DNA of 13,475 nucleotides, taken from assembly GCA_002317795.1 (NCBI GenBank), contig NVWC01000003.1, positions 65,311 to 78,785 of the forward strand, given 5' to 3'. A program made the translations under genes and the position numbers. This document shows, one piece after another, positions 13,372 through 13,475 of the stretch. Every line of letters begins with the position of its first letter. The stretch's first letter is position 1. The notes below the pieces were generated by a model. The model searched no databases and was not told the DNA's origin. It saw only the letters and a list, made by a program, of their open reading frames with translations. This stretch comes from Nitrososphaerota archaeon. GTDB taxonomy: Archaea; Thermoproteota; Nitrososphaeria; Nitrososphaerales; Nitrosopumilaceae.

Positions 13372-13475
13372 ATGACATCTACTGTAGTTGTTGGTGGATT
13401 TTTTGGAGATGAAGGTAAGGGAAAAATTATTTCATATTTGGCAATTAAAGATAATCCAAAAATTATAGTTCGTGG
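13372..13475 (+). CDS. purA: Adenylosuccinate synthetase, 5' part (runs off the window)
   Basis: [34 protein letters not shown]; GDEGKGK signature at the expected N-terminal position. Confidence 0.95.
   Translation, partial: MTSTVVVGGFFGDEGKGKIISYLAIKDNPKIIVR

Overview
AT-rich archaeal chromosomal window, most likely from an ammonia-oxidising thaumarchaeon (Nitrosopumilaceae-like). That host call is inferred from the flanking genes and frequent TTG starts, not from a database search. Host genes lie at 1-1343 (two small Zn-binding proteins, a YggX-like Fe(II)-trafficking protein, a helical hypothetical) and at 13372-end (5' part of purA). Between them sits an apparently complete ~11.7 kb integrated element bounded by a perfect 16-bp direct repeat TAATGTCCGATTCTAT (1605-1620 and 13323-13338). 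It has four transcription blocks: (i) a tyrosine integrase followed by 11 overlapping small ORFs rich in Zn-finger and RHH motifs; (ii) a minus-strand block of small membrane proteins; (iii) a middle operon with an RHH regulator and a protein carrying ERV/ALR-like sulfhydryl-oxidase motifs; (iv) a structural operon with two very basic two-cysteine microproteins, a 312-aa internally duplicated beta-rich protein (probable double jelly-roll major capsid protein), membrane proteins and a discoidin-domain spike. Three operons share a ~20-bp promoter element at the same distance from their start codons. No packaging ATPase or replication protein is recognisable. The best reading is a small tailless, probably membrane-containing provirus. 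Many probable ORFs are under 60 aa, are absent from the supplied track and were translated by hand.
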